In this document: positions 29,794 through 40,579 of the stretch, piece by piece
Position numbering within the stretch: position 1 is the stretch's first letter
Layout of the letters: every line of letters starts with the position of its first letter
Assembly: GCA_013178165.1 (NCBI GenBank)
Contig: JABLXG010000022.1
Coordinates: 13,923 to 77,922, forward strand
From: Anaerolineae bacterium
GTDB taxonomy: Bacteria; Chloroflexota; Anaerolineae; Aggregatilineales; Ch27
Length of the DNA: 64,000 bases
Direction: 5' to 3'
The notes under the pieces: model-generated
Database searches by the model: none
What the model was told of the DNA's origin: nothing
What the model saw: the letters and a program-made list of their open reading frames with translations, nothing else
Translations under genes and position numbers: made by a program

Positions 29794-31554
29794 TCACCCC
29801 TCCCACCCGAACTGGTAGATACGAGCGGGTTGCTGGCGTCCGCGGATTTCGATCTCGCCGCGATCGGTGGTCTGCACATGTTCAGCGATTTGCGGCAAAT
29901 GCGCCGCGCAGGCTTTGTAGACCTCCTGGCTGGCCAGTATTTCGTTGTCATCCGCCAGGTCCAGAAGGCGATGTGCCAGGTTCACAGTATCGCCGATGGC
30001 AGTGAATTCACGCCGGACTTTGCTGCCGACATTGCCCATGGTGGCGATGCCGCTGTGGATGCCGATGGCGTAACACGGCTGAGCCGAAGGTGCGCTGGCA
30101 GTGTGCAACCCGGCAAAGGCAGCGGCAATGTCCAGCGCGGCGCGCACCGCATCCCAGGCGTGGGTGGCGCTGGGGTTGAGTTGCGTGTTGAACAGCGCCA
30201 TGATTTCCGTGCCCATGAACTTGTCGATCACACCGCCGAAGCGATGAATCGGCTCGCAGCAAAGAGCCACATAGCGGTTGAGTTCAGCCAGTTGCTGTTG
30301 AGGGGATAGATCGGCCAGCAGTGTGCTGGCGAGGCGGATATCTACATAGAGCACGGTGATGTCCCGCCGTACGCCGCCCAGTCCCAGCTGGGCAATGCTC
30401 TGAATGTTGTCGACCATGGCTGGCGGCAGGTAACGCCGGATCACATTTAGCTGGGCTTCGCGCTGGCGGGCTTCTGTCAGATCATCCATGACGATGGCGA
30501 CGCCCTCGATCGATTGCCGGGCGTCTCGCAGAGGACTGAGCCTGACGCTCAGTATGCGCGTGCCGCGCGCCTCCACTTCAGCCTGCAACTCTACGCTCAT
30601 CCGCCGGTTTTCCAGCCGGGTTGCTTCCAGGGCGCGGCTCAGGCTATCGGCCACCATTGGCAGTCGGGCAGGCAGGGCACCGCCGATGACCTGCGCAGGT
30701 GTCAGGTGCAGGATATCACACGCCGCATCGTTAAGTAGCGTGATCTGGTCGCCAGCGTCGGTCACGATGACGCCGCTGGGGATGGAGGCGAACACATCAT
30801 CGAGCAATGCCTTGATCTCGCTGATCTCGGCCAGGGCGGCACGGATACGCTCAAACAGGCGGGCATTCTCGATGGCGATGGCAGCCTGATTGGCGAACGC
30901 ATTCAGCATCGCCAGTTCACTGTCGCCAAACAAACCTGCCCGGATGCGGTTATCAGCGTAGATCACGCCAATGACGTGGCCTTTGCTCTTGAGGGGGACG
31001 CAGAGGATGCTGCGCAGGGCAAAAGAGACGATGCTCTCCTGAGCGGCAAAGCGGGGATCGTCCTGGGCGTTGGTGGTGACAACTGGCTCGCCGGTGTCGG
31101 CGACGCGCTTGATGACACTGCGGCTGACGGTAAAGGCGTCCTGAGCGATAGTTTCCCGGTCGAGGTTACGGGCGACGCGATACTCCATCTCCTGAGTTTG
31201 TTCGTTGCGCAGCATCAGGTAACCCCGCTCGGCACCGGTCAGCCGTAGCACGGTGTCCATGGCTTGGCTCAGCACTTCATCGAGATCGAGTGTGCTGTTG
31301 ATCAGGGCGGCGGTCTGGGTCAGGGCACGGAGCTGGCGGAGGGCCTCCTCCTCCTCTTTCAGGCCATTGATCAGGTCCTGCATGGCGATCTGAGCATCTT
31401 CCAGCAGGGTGAATACAGCAGAGGGCAGGGTCATGCCCCGCTGGCGCAGAATCTCGCGCTGGGAGAGCAACACGCCCTGCAAATTGTGGAGGTTGCGGCC
31501 CAGAACCTGGGCTTCCTGGCGGATCGTATCGGTCGGCCTGAACTGTGTGGTCAT
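29794..31554 (-). CDS. GAF-PAS-class III nucleotide cyclase (substrate/transition-state, C2-like subunit)
   Basis: FTAIGDTVNLAHRL and the DKF Lys are intact, but YVDIRLAS (P-loop GFT lost) and KFMGT (second metal Asp lost) are degenerate. It is a paralog of the downstream gene. Confidence 0.9.
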   Translation of the reverse strand: MTTQFRPTDTIRQEAQVLGRNLHNLQGVLLSQREILRQRGMTLPSAVFTLLEDAQIAMQDLINGLKEEEEALRQLRALTQTAALINSTLDLDEVLSQAMDTVLRLTGAERGYLMLRNEQTQEMEYRVARNLDRETIAQDAFTVSRSVIKRVADTGEPVVTTNAQDDPRFAAQESIVSFALRSILCVPLKSKGHVIGVIYADNRIRAGLFGDSELAMLNAFANQAAIAIENARLFERIRAALAEISEIKALLDDVFASIPSGVIVTDAGDQITLLNDAACDILHLTPAQVIGGALPARLPMVADSLSRALEATRLENRRMSVELQAEVEARGTRILSVRLSPLRDARQSIEGVAIVMDDLTEARQREAQLNVIRRYLPPAMVDNIQSIAQLGLGGVRRDITVLYVDIRLASTLLADLSPQQQLAELNRYVALCCEPIHRFGGVIDKFMGTEIMALFNTQLNPSATHAWDAVRAALDIAAAFAGLHTASAPSAQPCYAIGIHSGIATMGNVGSKVRREFTAIGDTVNLAHRLLDLADDNEILASQEVYKACAAHLPQIAEHVQTTDRGEIEIRGRQQPARIYQFGWEG

Positions 31555-32084
31555 CTTACCCCCGACCTGCAGCAGGTCTCCGGGCATGGTGGCTTGGTTG
31601 ACGTCGGGCATGCGGCGCATTGCTGTCTGTTGCGGACATGTATCACTTGCCGGGCGGGTAGTTGACCGGGCAACGGTCCGCTGTTCACACAGGTCGGGTA
31701 CCCTGTGTGCCAGGCGGCCAGCGTGAACGCCGCAGCAGATAACTGTTCGCTGGCTCAGGAGGCATTATACCCGGCGGATAAGGCCGTGCAACAGCGACCT
31801 TATGTCGGGGGCCGGAATTGATGGGTAGAATCACGTTTGGATAGGGCTGGACAACCAGGGCAGGATGCCGCCTGGCAACAGCTTTCCGCAACCTGTGGGG
31901 GGATAGCTGCATCAAAGGAAGGTGTCACCGGCCGGGAATCCGTCGCCGGGCTTCAGTGGTATATGCTCGCGTCCCGGACACGAGCGAGTCTCTATGTTCC
32001 GGGCTGACAAGGGACGTTCCGGGTGAATCAGGCGCTTGTACGACGGGTAGGCTTCAACGCCTGCTGGAGGGAGAACGGTAACAG

Positions 32085-33011
32085 GTGCGTAAGGAAAAAG
32101 TGATCATCATCGGTTCTGGCCCTGCCGGGCTGACGGCGGCGCTCTATGCCGCACGAGCAAATCTCAATCCCCTGGTGCTGGCTGGAGACCTTCTGGGGGG
32201 CCAGATTTCGCTAACCAGCGAGGTGGAGAACTATCCCGGTTTTCCGCAGGGGGTGAGCGGGGCAGAACTGGTTGGGCTGATGAAAACGCAGGCTGAGCGC
32301 TTTGGCGCACGCCTTGAGTATGATTCGGCGGTGGCAGTCGATTTCAGCAAGGGATCGCCCTTCTACCTGAAGACCACCATGGCCGAGTATGAAGCGGAAG
32401 CGGTCATTGTGACGGTGGGCGCCTCTCCGCGCAAGTTAGGTGTGCCCGGCGAGGCAGAGTTCACCGGGCGCGGTGTCAGCTACTGCGCAACCTGCGACGG
32501 TTTCTTTTTCAGGGGGAAGGATGTCGTTGTAGTTGGCGGCGGCGATAGCGCGCTGGAGGAGGGCCTGTTTCTGACCAAGTTTGCCAGCAAGGTGACGATC
32601 ATCCATCGGCGTGACCAGCTGCGGGCCGGGGCAACCCTGCAGGCGCGTGCGGCCACAAATGCGAAGATCGGCTTCATCTGGGATACGGTGGTGACAGCTA
32701 TTGAGGGCGATGGTACCGTGCAGCGGGTGAGACTGCATAACCGCAAGACCGGCGAAGACAGCGTCCTGCCAACGGATGGCGTGTTTATCTTTATCGGCCA
32801 CGATCCGAATAACTCGATTTTCAGGGATCAGCTGGCAATGGATCAGGACGGCTATGTCATCACCGACAAGCAGATGCGCACCAGTGTAGAGGGGGTTTTC
32901 GCGGCGGGCGAGATTCAGGATCGACTTTACCGCCAGATTGCGACATCGGTAGGGCAGGGTGCAGCGGCGGCGATGATGTGTGAGCGCTGGCTGGCCGAGC
33001 GCGGAAGTTGA
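32085..33011 (+). CDS. trxB: Thioredoxin-disulfide reductase
   Basis: [41 protein letters not shown]. Confidence 0.96.
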   Translation: MRKEKVIIIGSGPAGLTAALYAARANLNPLVLAGDLLGGQISLTSEVENYPGFPQGVSGAELVGLMKTQAERFGARLEYDSAVAVDFSKGSPFYLKTTMAEYEAEAVIVTVGASPRKLGVPGEAEFTGRGVSYCATCDGFFFRGKDVVVVGGGDSALEEGLFLTKFASKVTIIHRRDQLRAGATLQARAATNAKIGFIWDTVVTAIEGDGTVQRVRLHNRKTGEDSVLPTDGVFIFIGHDPNNSIFRDQLAMDQDGYVITDKQMRTSVEGVFAAGEIQDRLYRQIATSVGQGAAAAMMCERWLAERGS

Positions 33012-33040
33012 TCCGCCCTGGCGAATACGGCGGTGATCAG

Positions 33041-33068
33041 AGGGGCTGCTACAGGGCAGCCCTTTTTT
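33041..33068 (+). terminator. Rho-independent terminator after trxB
   Basis: AGGGGCTGC-TACAGG-GCAGCCCCT followed by a T-tract. Confidence 0.8.
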
Positions 33069-33139
33069 GTGCTTAATGCGTTTTGTCGCACGATGGCGCA
33101 TTGCCGGGTACAATAGCGCCGTTTTGAGGAGGGGCGTCT

Positions 33140-33802
33140 ATGAACCTGATGGAATATGTGCGGATCATCACCCGCCGGCTGTGGATTATCGTGTTGTTGA
33201 TGGCGCTGACCATGGCCGCGGCTTTTGTCCTGAGTCGTATCCAGACGCCAATTTACCGCGCAACGCAGAAGATTCTGATGCAACCCTCGCGAATCGACTT
33301 TGGTCTGGCGGAGGCGACGACGCGGTTGATGCGATCGTACGTGGTTTTTCTGGATAGCGACGATCGCGCACGGGAGGTTATTGACGCGCTGAAGCTTGAT
33401 ATGACGCCGGGAGAACTGCGTCAACACGTGACGGTTGACACCGATGAAAGCCGCCTGTTGATCACGATTGACGTTGACCTGCCTGATGGCAATCTGGCCA
33501 ACGACGTAGCCCGGCAATGGGGCAACCTGTTCATTGAGTGGCGTAACGAGGAGAATCAGCGCACCCGCTATGAGGATCGTATCCGGGCATCCCTGGTGGA
33601 CTACCCCACGTACAGCCAGATTGTGCCACGAACAGCAGTCAACGTGGCGGCGGGAGCGGTGCTGGGGCTGATTCTGGGTGGCATGATTGTGTTTGTGCTG
33701 GAATACTTTGAATCCAATATCATCCGCCAGCGGGATGATGTTCTCCGCTCGCTGGATGTTCCGGTGCTGGGCACGATCCCGGCGGAAGAAACGCGGTCTT
33801 AG
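33140..33802 (+). CDS. Wzz/CpsC (YveK-like) polysaccharide co-polymerase
   Basis: Two TM segments, TPIYRAT, C-terminal LDVPVLGTIP activator segment. Confidence 0.88.
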   Translation: MNLMEYVRIITRRLWIIVLLMALTMAAAFVLSRIQTPIYRATQKILMQPSRIDFGLAEATTRLMRSYVVFLDSDDRAREVIDALKLDMTPGELRQHVTVDTDESRLLITIDVDLPDGNLANDVARQWGNLFIEWRNEENQRTRYEDRIRASLVDYPTYSQIVPRTAVNVAAGAVLGLILGGMIVFVLEYFESNIIRQRDDVLRSLDVPVLGTIPAEETRS

Positions 33803-33829
33803 GGGGGCAAAAGGAGACAGGCAAGACCA

Positions 33830-34492
33830 ATGGCTACCGTAGGCTTGATCATGCTCGCCGAGCCGCAGTCAGCTGCAGCTGAAGCGTACCGTGCGCTGCG
33901 GACGAACCTGCTGTTTTCTACCGTGGATCGCCCGGCCAATACCCTGGTGATCACTGGCCCGACGCCTGAGGTGGGCAAGAGTACTGTCGCCGCCAACCTG
34001 GCGATTACCCTGGCACAGGGTGGGCATGAAACCATTCTGGTGGACTGTGACCTTCGCCAGCCCCGGCAGCACGAGTTGTGGGGCGTGGATAACCAGCGCG
34101 GTCTGACAACGATGATGCTTGATCCGGCAGCTCTGGCGCAGCCGCCCCTGCAATCCGTCAACGTGGAACACCTGAGCATATTGCCCGGTGGCCCCTTGCC
34201 CCCTAATCCCGCCGATCTGCTGGGTAGCCGGCGGATGGATGAGGTGATTGGCGTGTTGAAGGCGCGGGCGGAGTTTGTCCTGTTTGATGCGCCGCCGGTG
34301 CTGGCAGTGGCCGATGCCGCGATTCTGGGTTCCAAAGTGGATGGTGTGCTGTTGGTCGTGCGGGCGGGGCAAACCCGGCGCGATCAGGCCATCCGGGCAA
34401 AGGAGTTGTTGGACCAGGTGCACATTCGAATCGTCGGCAGCGTGCTCACCAACGCTCCACGTGACGCGGCAGTGGCCGGTTACTATGCCTAG
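33830..34492 (+). CDS. CpsD/CapB family tyrosine-protein kinase
   Basis: EAYRALRTNL, Walker A PEVGKST, LVDCDLRQP, VLFDAPP, C-terminal YY. Confidence 0.92.
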   Translation: MATVGLIMLAEPQSAAAEAYRALRTNLLFSTVDRPANTLVITGPTPEVGKSTVAANLAITLAQGGHETILVDCDLRQPRQHELWGVDNQRGLTTMMLDPAALAQPPLQSVNVEHLSILPGGPLPPNPADLLGSRRMDEVIGVLKARAEFVLFDAPPVLAVADAAILGSKVDGVLLVVRAGQTRRDQAIRAKELLDQVHIRIVGSVLTNAPRDAAVAGYYA

Positions 34493-34495
34493 AGG

Positions 34496-35578
34496 GTGAG
34501 TGAGCGCATGAAAGGTCTGATTCTGAGCGGCGGCAAGGGCACCCGGCTCTATCCGCTAACCTATACACGCGCCAAACAGTTGATCCCGGTCGCTAACAAG
34601 CCCATTCTCTTCCGGGTCATTGAGGCGATCCGTGAGGCAGGAATCACGGAGATCGGGATCGTCATCGGCGACACCGGGCCGGAAATCCGTGAAGCCGTCG
34701 GTGATGGCAGCCGCTGGGGAGCAACAATCACGTACATCCAGCAGGAGCAACCGCTTGGGTTGGCCCATGCCGTCAAAATCTCCCGGGACTTTCTGGGTGA
34801 CGAGCGCTTTGTGATGTTCCTGGGCGACAACGTGATTCAGGGCGGGATACATCGCCTGATCACTGACTTTGCCCGGCATCCGGAATGGAACAGCCAGATC
34901 GTCCTGACCAGGGTGGATCATCCTGAGCAGTACGGCGTGGCCAAGCTGACGGCGGATGGCCGGGTTGAGCGCTTGATTGAAAAGCCCAAGACTCCGCCTT
35001 CCGACCTGGCGCTGGTCGGCATCTACATGTTTGACTCCCACATTTTCGAGGCAACCGAGCAGATCAGCCCATCCTGGCGCGGCGAACTGGAGATCACCGA
35101 TGCGATCCAGTGGCTGGTCGATCACGGGCACACGGTCTACCCATACGTGCATCAGGGTTGGTGGATTGATACGGGACGCCCGGATGACATGCTGGAAGCG
35201 AATAGCAAGGTGCTGGAGGAACTGACGCCAGAAATTTTGGGATTCGTCGATGAGCAATCTGATGTTGACTCGCGGGTGACAGTTCAGGCGGGGGCGCAGA
35301 TCATCAACAGCACCATTCGCGGCCCGGCGATCATCGGCGAAAACACGCGGATTGTGAACAGCTATGTCGGTCCCTTTACCAGCATCTACCATAATGTGGT
35401 CATTGAGAACTGCGAGATCGACCGTTCGATCATTCTGGAACACAGTGTGATGCGCGATATTGATGTGCGTGTCCAGGATAGCCTGATCGGGCGTCATGCC
35501 CTGGTGCAGCGCAGCGACTACCGCCCCAGGGCGCTTAAGCTGAACCTGGGCGATTACAGCAAGATCGGCCTGGTGTAG
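34496..35578 (+). CDS. rfbA: Glucose-1-phosphate thymidylyltransferase (long form)
   Basis: GLILSGGKGTRLYPLT, KQLIPVANKP, GLAHAV, RGELEITDAIQ, C-terminal left-handed beta-helix region. The start may be ATG 34508. Confidence 0.93.
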   Translation: MSERMKGLILSGGKGTRLYPLTYTRAKQLIPVANKPILFRVIEAIREAGITEIGIVIGDTGPEIREAVGDGSRWGATITYIQQEQPLGLAHAVKISRDFLGDERFVMFLGDNVIQGGIHRLITDFARHPEWNSQIVLTRVDHPEQYGVAKLTADGRVERLIEKPKTPPSDLALVGIYMFDSHIFEATEQISPSWRGELEITDAIQWLVDHGHTVYPYVHQGWWIDTGRPDDMLEANSKVLEELTPEILGFVDEQSDVDSRVTVQAGAQIINSTIRGPAIIGENTRIVNSYVGPFTSIYHNVVIENCEIDRSIILEHSVMRDIDVRVQDSLIGRHALVQRSDYRPRALKLNLGDYSKIGLV

Positions 35579-35613
35579 CGCCGGTAGCTTCAGGAGTGAT
35601 AGGGTACGTAACC

Positions 35614-36627
35614 ATGAAGAACATCCTCGTAACCGGCGGGGCGGGGTTCATCGGCAGCGCCTTTGTGCGCTACATGATCGACACCTATCCTGACTACAAT
35701 GTCGTTGTTCTGGATAAACTGACCTACGCCGGCAACCTGGATAACCTGTTGCCAGTCCGGGACAATCCGCGTTACCGGTTTGAACGGGCAGACATTGCCG
35801 ACCGCGCTGCCGTTGAACGCATCGTTGAGCAGCACGGGATCGATACGATTGTCAATTTCGCGGCGGAGACGCATGTCGACCGCAGCATTTTGCAGCCCGA
35901 TGCTTTTATCTACACTGATGTGGTCGGTGTGTATGTGCTGCTGGAGATGGTGCGCCAGAAGGGAGTACAGCGCCTGCTGCATGTCAGTACTGATGAGGTC
36001 TACGGCGATATCCCGCAAGGATATTCGGTCGAGACTGATCCCTTTGCGCCAAACAGCCCCTATGCCGCTTCCAAGGCCGGGGCTGAACTGATGATCCGGG
36101 CTTACTTCCAGACTTACGGCCTCAACGTTGTGGTGACACGCGGGAGTAATACCTTTGGGCCATACCAGTACCCGGAAAAACTGATGTCGTTATTCATCAC
36201 GGAAGCCATTGACGACCGGCCGCTGCCGCTCTACGGCGATGGCCGCCAGGTGCGAGACTGGCTCTACGTGCTGGATCATGTCACCGGCATCGACACGGTG
36301 CTGCATAAGGGCATAGCAGGCGAAGCCTACAATATCGCCGGCGAGAATGAACGGCCCAACATCGATGTAGTCCGGGCGCTGCTGAAGGAACTGGGTAAGC
36401 CGGAAAGCCTGATCCGCCATGTTGCCGACCGCCCCGGTCATGATCGCCGCTATGCGATGAACTGCGATAAGCTGCGCGCGCTGGGCTGGCGGCGTCAGCA
36501 CAGCTTCAAAGAGGCACTGCGGGAAACCGTAGCTTGGTATGTCCATAACGAATGGTGGTGGCGCAAGATCAAAACCGGCGAATATCTGGAATACTATAAA
36601 GCGCAGTACGCCAGCCGCCTGGACTGA
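35614..36627 (+). CDS. rfbB: dTDP-glucose 4,6-dehydratase
   Basis: LVTGGAGFIGS, DKLTYAGN, AAETHVDRS, STDEVYG, YAASK, DRPGHDRRY. Confidence 0.96.
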   Translation: MKNILVTGGAGFIGSAFVRYMIDTYPDYNVVVLDKLTYAGNLDNLLPVRDNPRYRFERADIADRAAVERIVEQHGIDTIVNFAAETHVDRSILQPDAFIYTDVVGVYVLLEMVRQKGVQRLLHVSTDEVYGDIPQGYSVETDPFAPNSPYAASKAGAELMIRAYFQTYGLNVVVTRGSNTFGPYQYPEKLMSLFITEAIDDRPLPLYGDGRQVRDWLYVLDHVTGIDTVLHKGIAGEAYNIAGENERPNIDVVRALLKELGKPESLIRHVADRPGHDRRYAMNCDKLRALGWRRQHSFKEALRETVAWYVHNEWWWRKIKTGEYLEYYKAQYASRLD

Positions 36628-36682
36628 GATTGATGGTTGCCGCGCGCCGTGCTGTGGTACGGCGGCAGGTAATCTGAATGCT

Positions 36683-36720
36683 AAAGCGGGCTGCCCCCAA
36701 GAGGAGACAGCCCGCTTTTT
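36683..36720. terminator. Bidirectional terminator between rfbB and groEL
   Basis: AAAGCGGGCTG...CAGCCCGCTTTTT. Confidence 0.75.
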
Positions 36721-36741
36721 GCACTGTGGACAGGACGGGGT

Positions 36742-38379
<1,638 letters not shown>

Positions 38380-38431
38380 AGCTTATAACCTCCAACGGTC
38401 AGGATAAACGCCAGTTGCTGAGGAAACTGCT

Positions 38432-38731
38432 TTACTTCTCGATAACCGCCAGGACGTCGCTTTCCTTGAGGATCAGCAGCTTCTCATTGTCGAGCTTGAT
38501 CTCGGTGCCGCCGTACTTGGCGAACAGTACCTGATCGCCGACCTTGACTTCCATAGGAATGCGCTTCTTGCCGTCTTCATCAAAGCGCCCCGGGCCAACC
38601 GCCAGGACTTCACCCTGCTGGGGCTTTTCCTTAGCCGTTTCCGGCAGGTAAAGCCCGCTCGCGGTCTTCTCCTCGCCCTCAAACGGCTTGACCACGATCC
38701 GATCATTCAGCGGGCGTAGTTTGATGGACAT
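38432..38731 (-). CDS. groS: Co-chaperonin GroES
   Basis: [41 protein letters not shown]. Confidence 0.99.
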   Translation of the reverse strand: MSIKLRPLNDRIVVKPFEGEEKTASGLYLPETAKEKPQQGEVLAVGPGRFDEDGKKRIPMEVKVGDQVLFAKYGGTEIKLDNEKLLILKESDVLAVIEK

Positions 38732-38804
38732 ACTCAGCCACCTCCTCGGAGTTAGATGCTGATAGGCATAACACGTTGTTGCCAGTGAAAGAGATCATCC
38801 GGCG

Positions 38805-38831
38805 TTAGCACTATAGACTTTAGAGTGCTAA
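38805..38831. promoter_or_regulatory. CIRCE element (HrcA operator) 1
   Basis: TTAGCACTA-N9-GAGTGCTAA, one mismatch to TTAGCACTC-N9-GAGTGCTAA. Confidence 0.92.
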
Positions 38832-38845
38832 TCTTCACCGTCGGC

Positions 38846-38874
38846 AATATACCAGAGGACAGGGGGGTTGTCAA
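38846..38874 (-). promoter_or_regulatory. sigma70 promoter of groES-groEL (TTGACA-17-TATATT)
   Basis: On the minus strand: -35 at 38874-38869, -10 at 38851-38846. Confidence 0.8.
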
Positions 38875-38880
38875 GCAATT

Positions 38881-38907
38881 CTAGCAAACTTCTTATGCGA
38901 GTGCTAA
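38881..38907. promoter_or_regulatory. CIRCE element 2 (degenerate)
   Basis: CTAGCAAAC-N9-GAGTGCTAA with one perfect arm, just upstream of the -35. Confidence 0.7.
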
Positions 38908-39097
38908 TGCCGCAGGCGCGCCAGTTCTGTCCGTGATCCTGACGTCAGGAGGCGGGGACGCCGGGAGCCCAGGTGGCTTGCTGGCGATATGACCAGGCTT
39001 TGCCCGGTGGCGCTTATGTAGCTGAGAGTCGCAAGCAGTGAACACCCCTCTGCATGTGGAGCATTGATCGCTGACAACCTTTGCCCGTGCTGTTCTC

Positions 39098-40432
39098 CTA
39101 CCGCCCGCTGCCCGGCAACAGCCGGATGATGCGGCCTTCCAGGATGGAGACAGCGATGTATCCTTCCGAACTGACGGCCACATCGACCGGGTGTTCGGGG
39201 TAGAAACTCTGTCCCTGGATGGTCATGATCTCCAGTGGGTAGCCGTAATAGACGTCGACTGGTACTAGGAGTTCCCGAACGGATGGCTGGCCGGTTTCAT
39301 CCCGAATGAGGTTCCCGGTGGCGTCCTGGCAAGGTTCAGCGCGCCCTCGCGAGTCAAAACAGAAGCGGTAGAGTGCATAGCCGGTAGGGAGGTAACCCGC
39401 CGTGCTGCCGCGCAAGACGATCAGCAGATCGTCCTGGAAATCCGGGAAGGCCTCTCCCCGATAGAAAGTCATGCCGCCGGGCGTGCTGTAGGCAGGGAAT
39501 GTATATTCGGGGAGGGCAATCCGCTGGCAGAAATCTGGCTGTGGCGCGGGCAGCGGAAAATCTGCAAGTAACCCGCTGGCGGATGCAGCACAGTAGGGCC
39601 AGCCAAAATGCTGGCCACCCTCCGTGAGACGGTTTAGCTCGTCAAGGGGTTGTTCGCTGGTACTGCCGCCGGGGGCGGGTGCGCTGTCTGCAATCCATAG
39701 ATCACCGCTCCCCGGATGCCAGGCGAAGTCAAAAGCATCGTACAGCCCACGCGCCACAACCCGTTCATCGCTGCCGTCGGAACTGTAGCTGAGCAGAGTT
39801 GCACGGCGCGGATCGCTTTCCACACAGGTGCTGCACGCGGCGCCCTTGCTCACGTACAGACGACCATCGGGACCAAAGCCTATGCTGCCTGTCCACAGTC
39901 CTGACCCGCCGGGAAGCCCTTCAATGATAGTCTGCTGTACGTCCGCGTGGCCGTCCCCATCATCGTCAATCAGACGGTAGATGGTACGGTCGCCGGATAC
40001 GTACCAGCCTCCTTCATGCCAGGCGAGGCCATTAGGCGTATCTAGTCCTGAGGCAAAGATGTGCAAGGTGTAAGTCCCGGCGTCCTGATCAAAGTCGCCT
40101 ATCCACTGGACAAGTCCTTCGTCCGGGCGAGTCATGAATAGCCTGCCGCACCAGGCAACCGGCCCGGTCATTTCGTCGCAGGCTGGAGCGTAGGCAATAG
40201 AGGTGATCGCCGCCAGAGCCGAGTAGGGCAGGTTGTTGACCAGATATTCCGGGCAGAATCGAAGCGGATCGACGATTGGCTGCGTTACAATCATGCCCTG
40301 AGGATGGCAGCCGGACTGCATCGCCGTGGCAGCGGATGATGGCGGTGGTATTGTGCTGGCAAGGACGGGGGCTACCGCGATTCCTGCTACAGAAAGGGCA
40401 GCGATTACCGTCCAGTGAAACAGGTGGTTCAT
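39098..40432 (-). CDS. Secreted PQQ-dependent sugar (glucose/sorbosone) dehydrogenase-like beta-propeller protein
   Basis: Signal peptide, GLDTPNGLA, SIGFGPDGRLYVSKG, DELNRLTEGGQHFGWPYC, STPGGMTFYRG. Confidence 0.82.
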   Translation of the reverse strand: MNHLFHWTVIAALSVAGIAVAPVLASTIPPPSSAATAMQSGCHPQGMIVTQPIVDPLRFCPEYLVNNLPYSALAAITSIAYAPACDEMTGPVAWCGRLFMTRPDEGLVQWIGDFDQDAGTYTLHIFASGLDTPNGLAWHEGGWYVSGDRTIYRLIDDDGDGHADVQQTIIEGLPGGSGLWTGSIGFGPDGRLYVSKGAACSTCVESDPRRATLLSYSSDGSDERVVARGLYDAFDFAWHPGSGDLWIADSAPAPGGSTSEQPLDELNRLTEGGQHFGWPYCAASASGLLADFPLPAPQPDFCQRIALPEYTFPAYSTPGGMTFYRGEAFPDFQDDLLIVLRGSTAGYLPTGYALYRFCFDSRGRAEPCQDATGNLIRDETGQPSVRELLVPVDVYYGYPLEIMTIQGQSFYPEHPVDVAVSSEGYIAVSILEGRIIRLLPGSGR

Positions 40433-40579
40433 GGGGCATCTTTCCCCGGTTACTGGCAGTCGCGCCTCAATGCTACCGGTTCCGCACGTATCCTGCCAGT
40501 TGGCAACGGTTTGCCGGACGCAGGCGGGGCACGTAGAATCCAGAAGGCGCGCCGGGGTGTTATGGCGGCAGGAAGTTGA

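Noticed and set aside
33140-36627. wzz-cpsD-rfbA-rfbB as a novel system
   Set aside because: This is an ordinary Gram-positive-type split BY-kinase plus dTDP-sugar genes with intact motifs.
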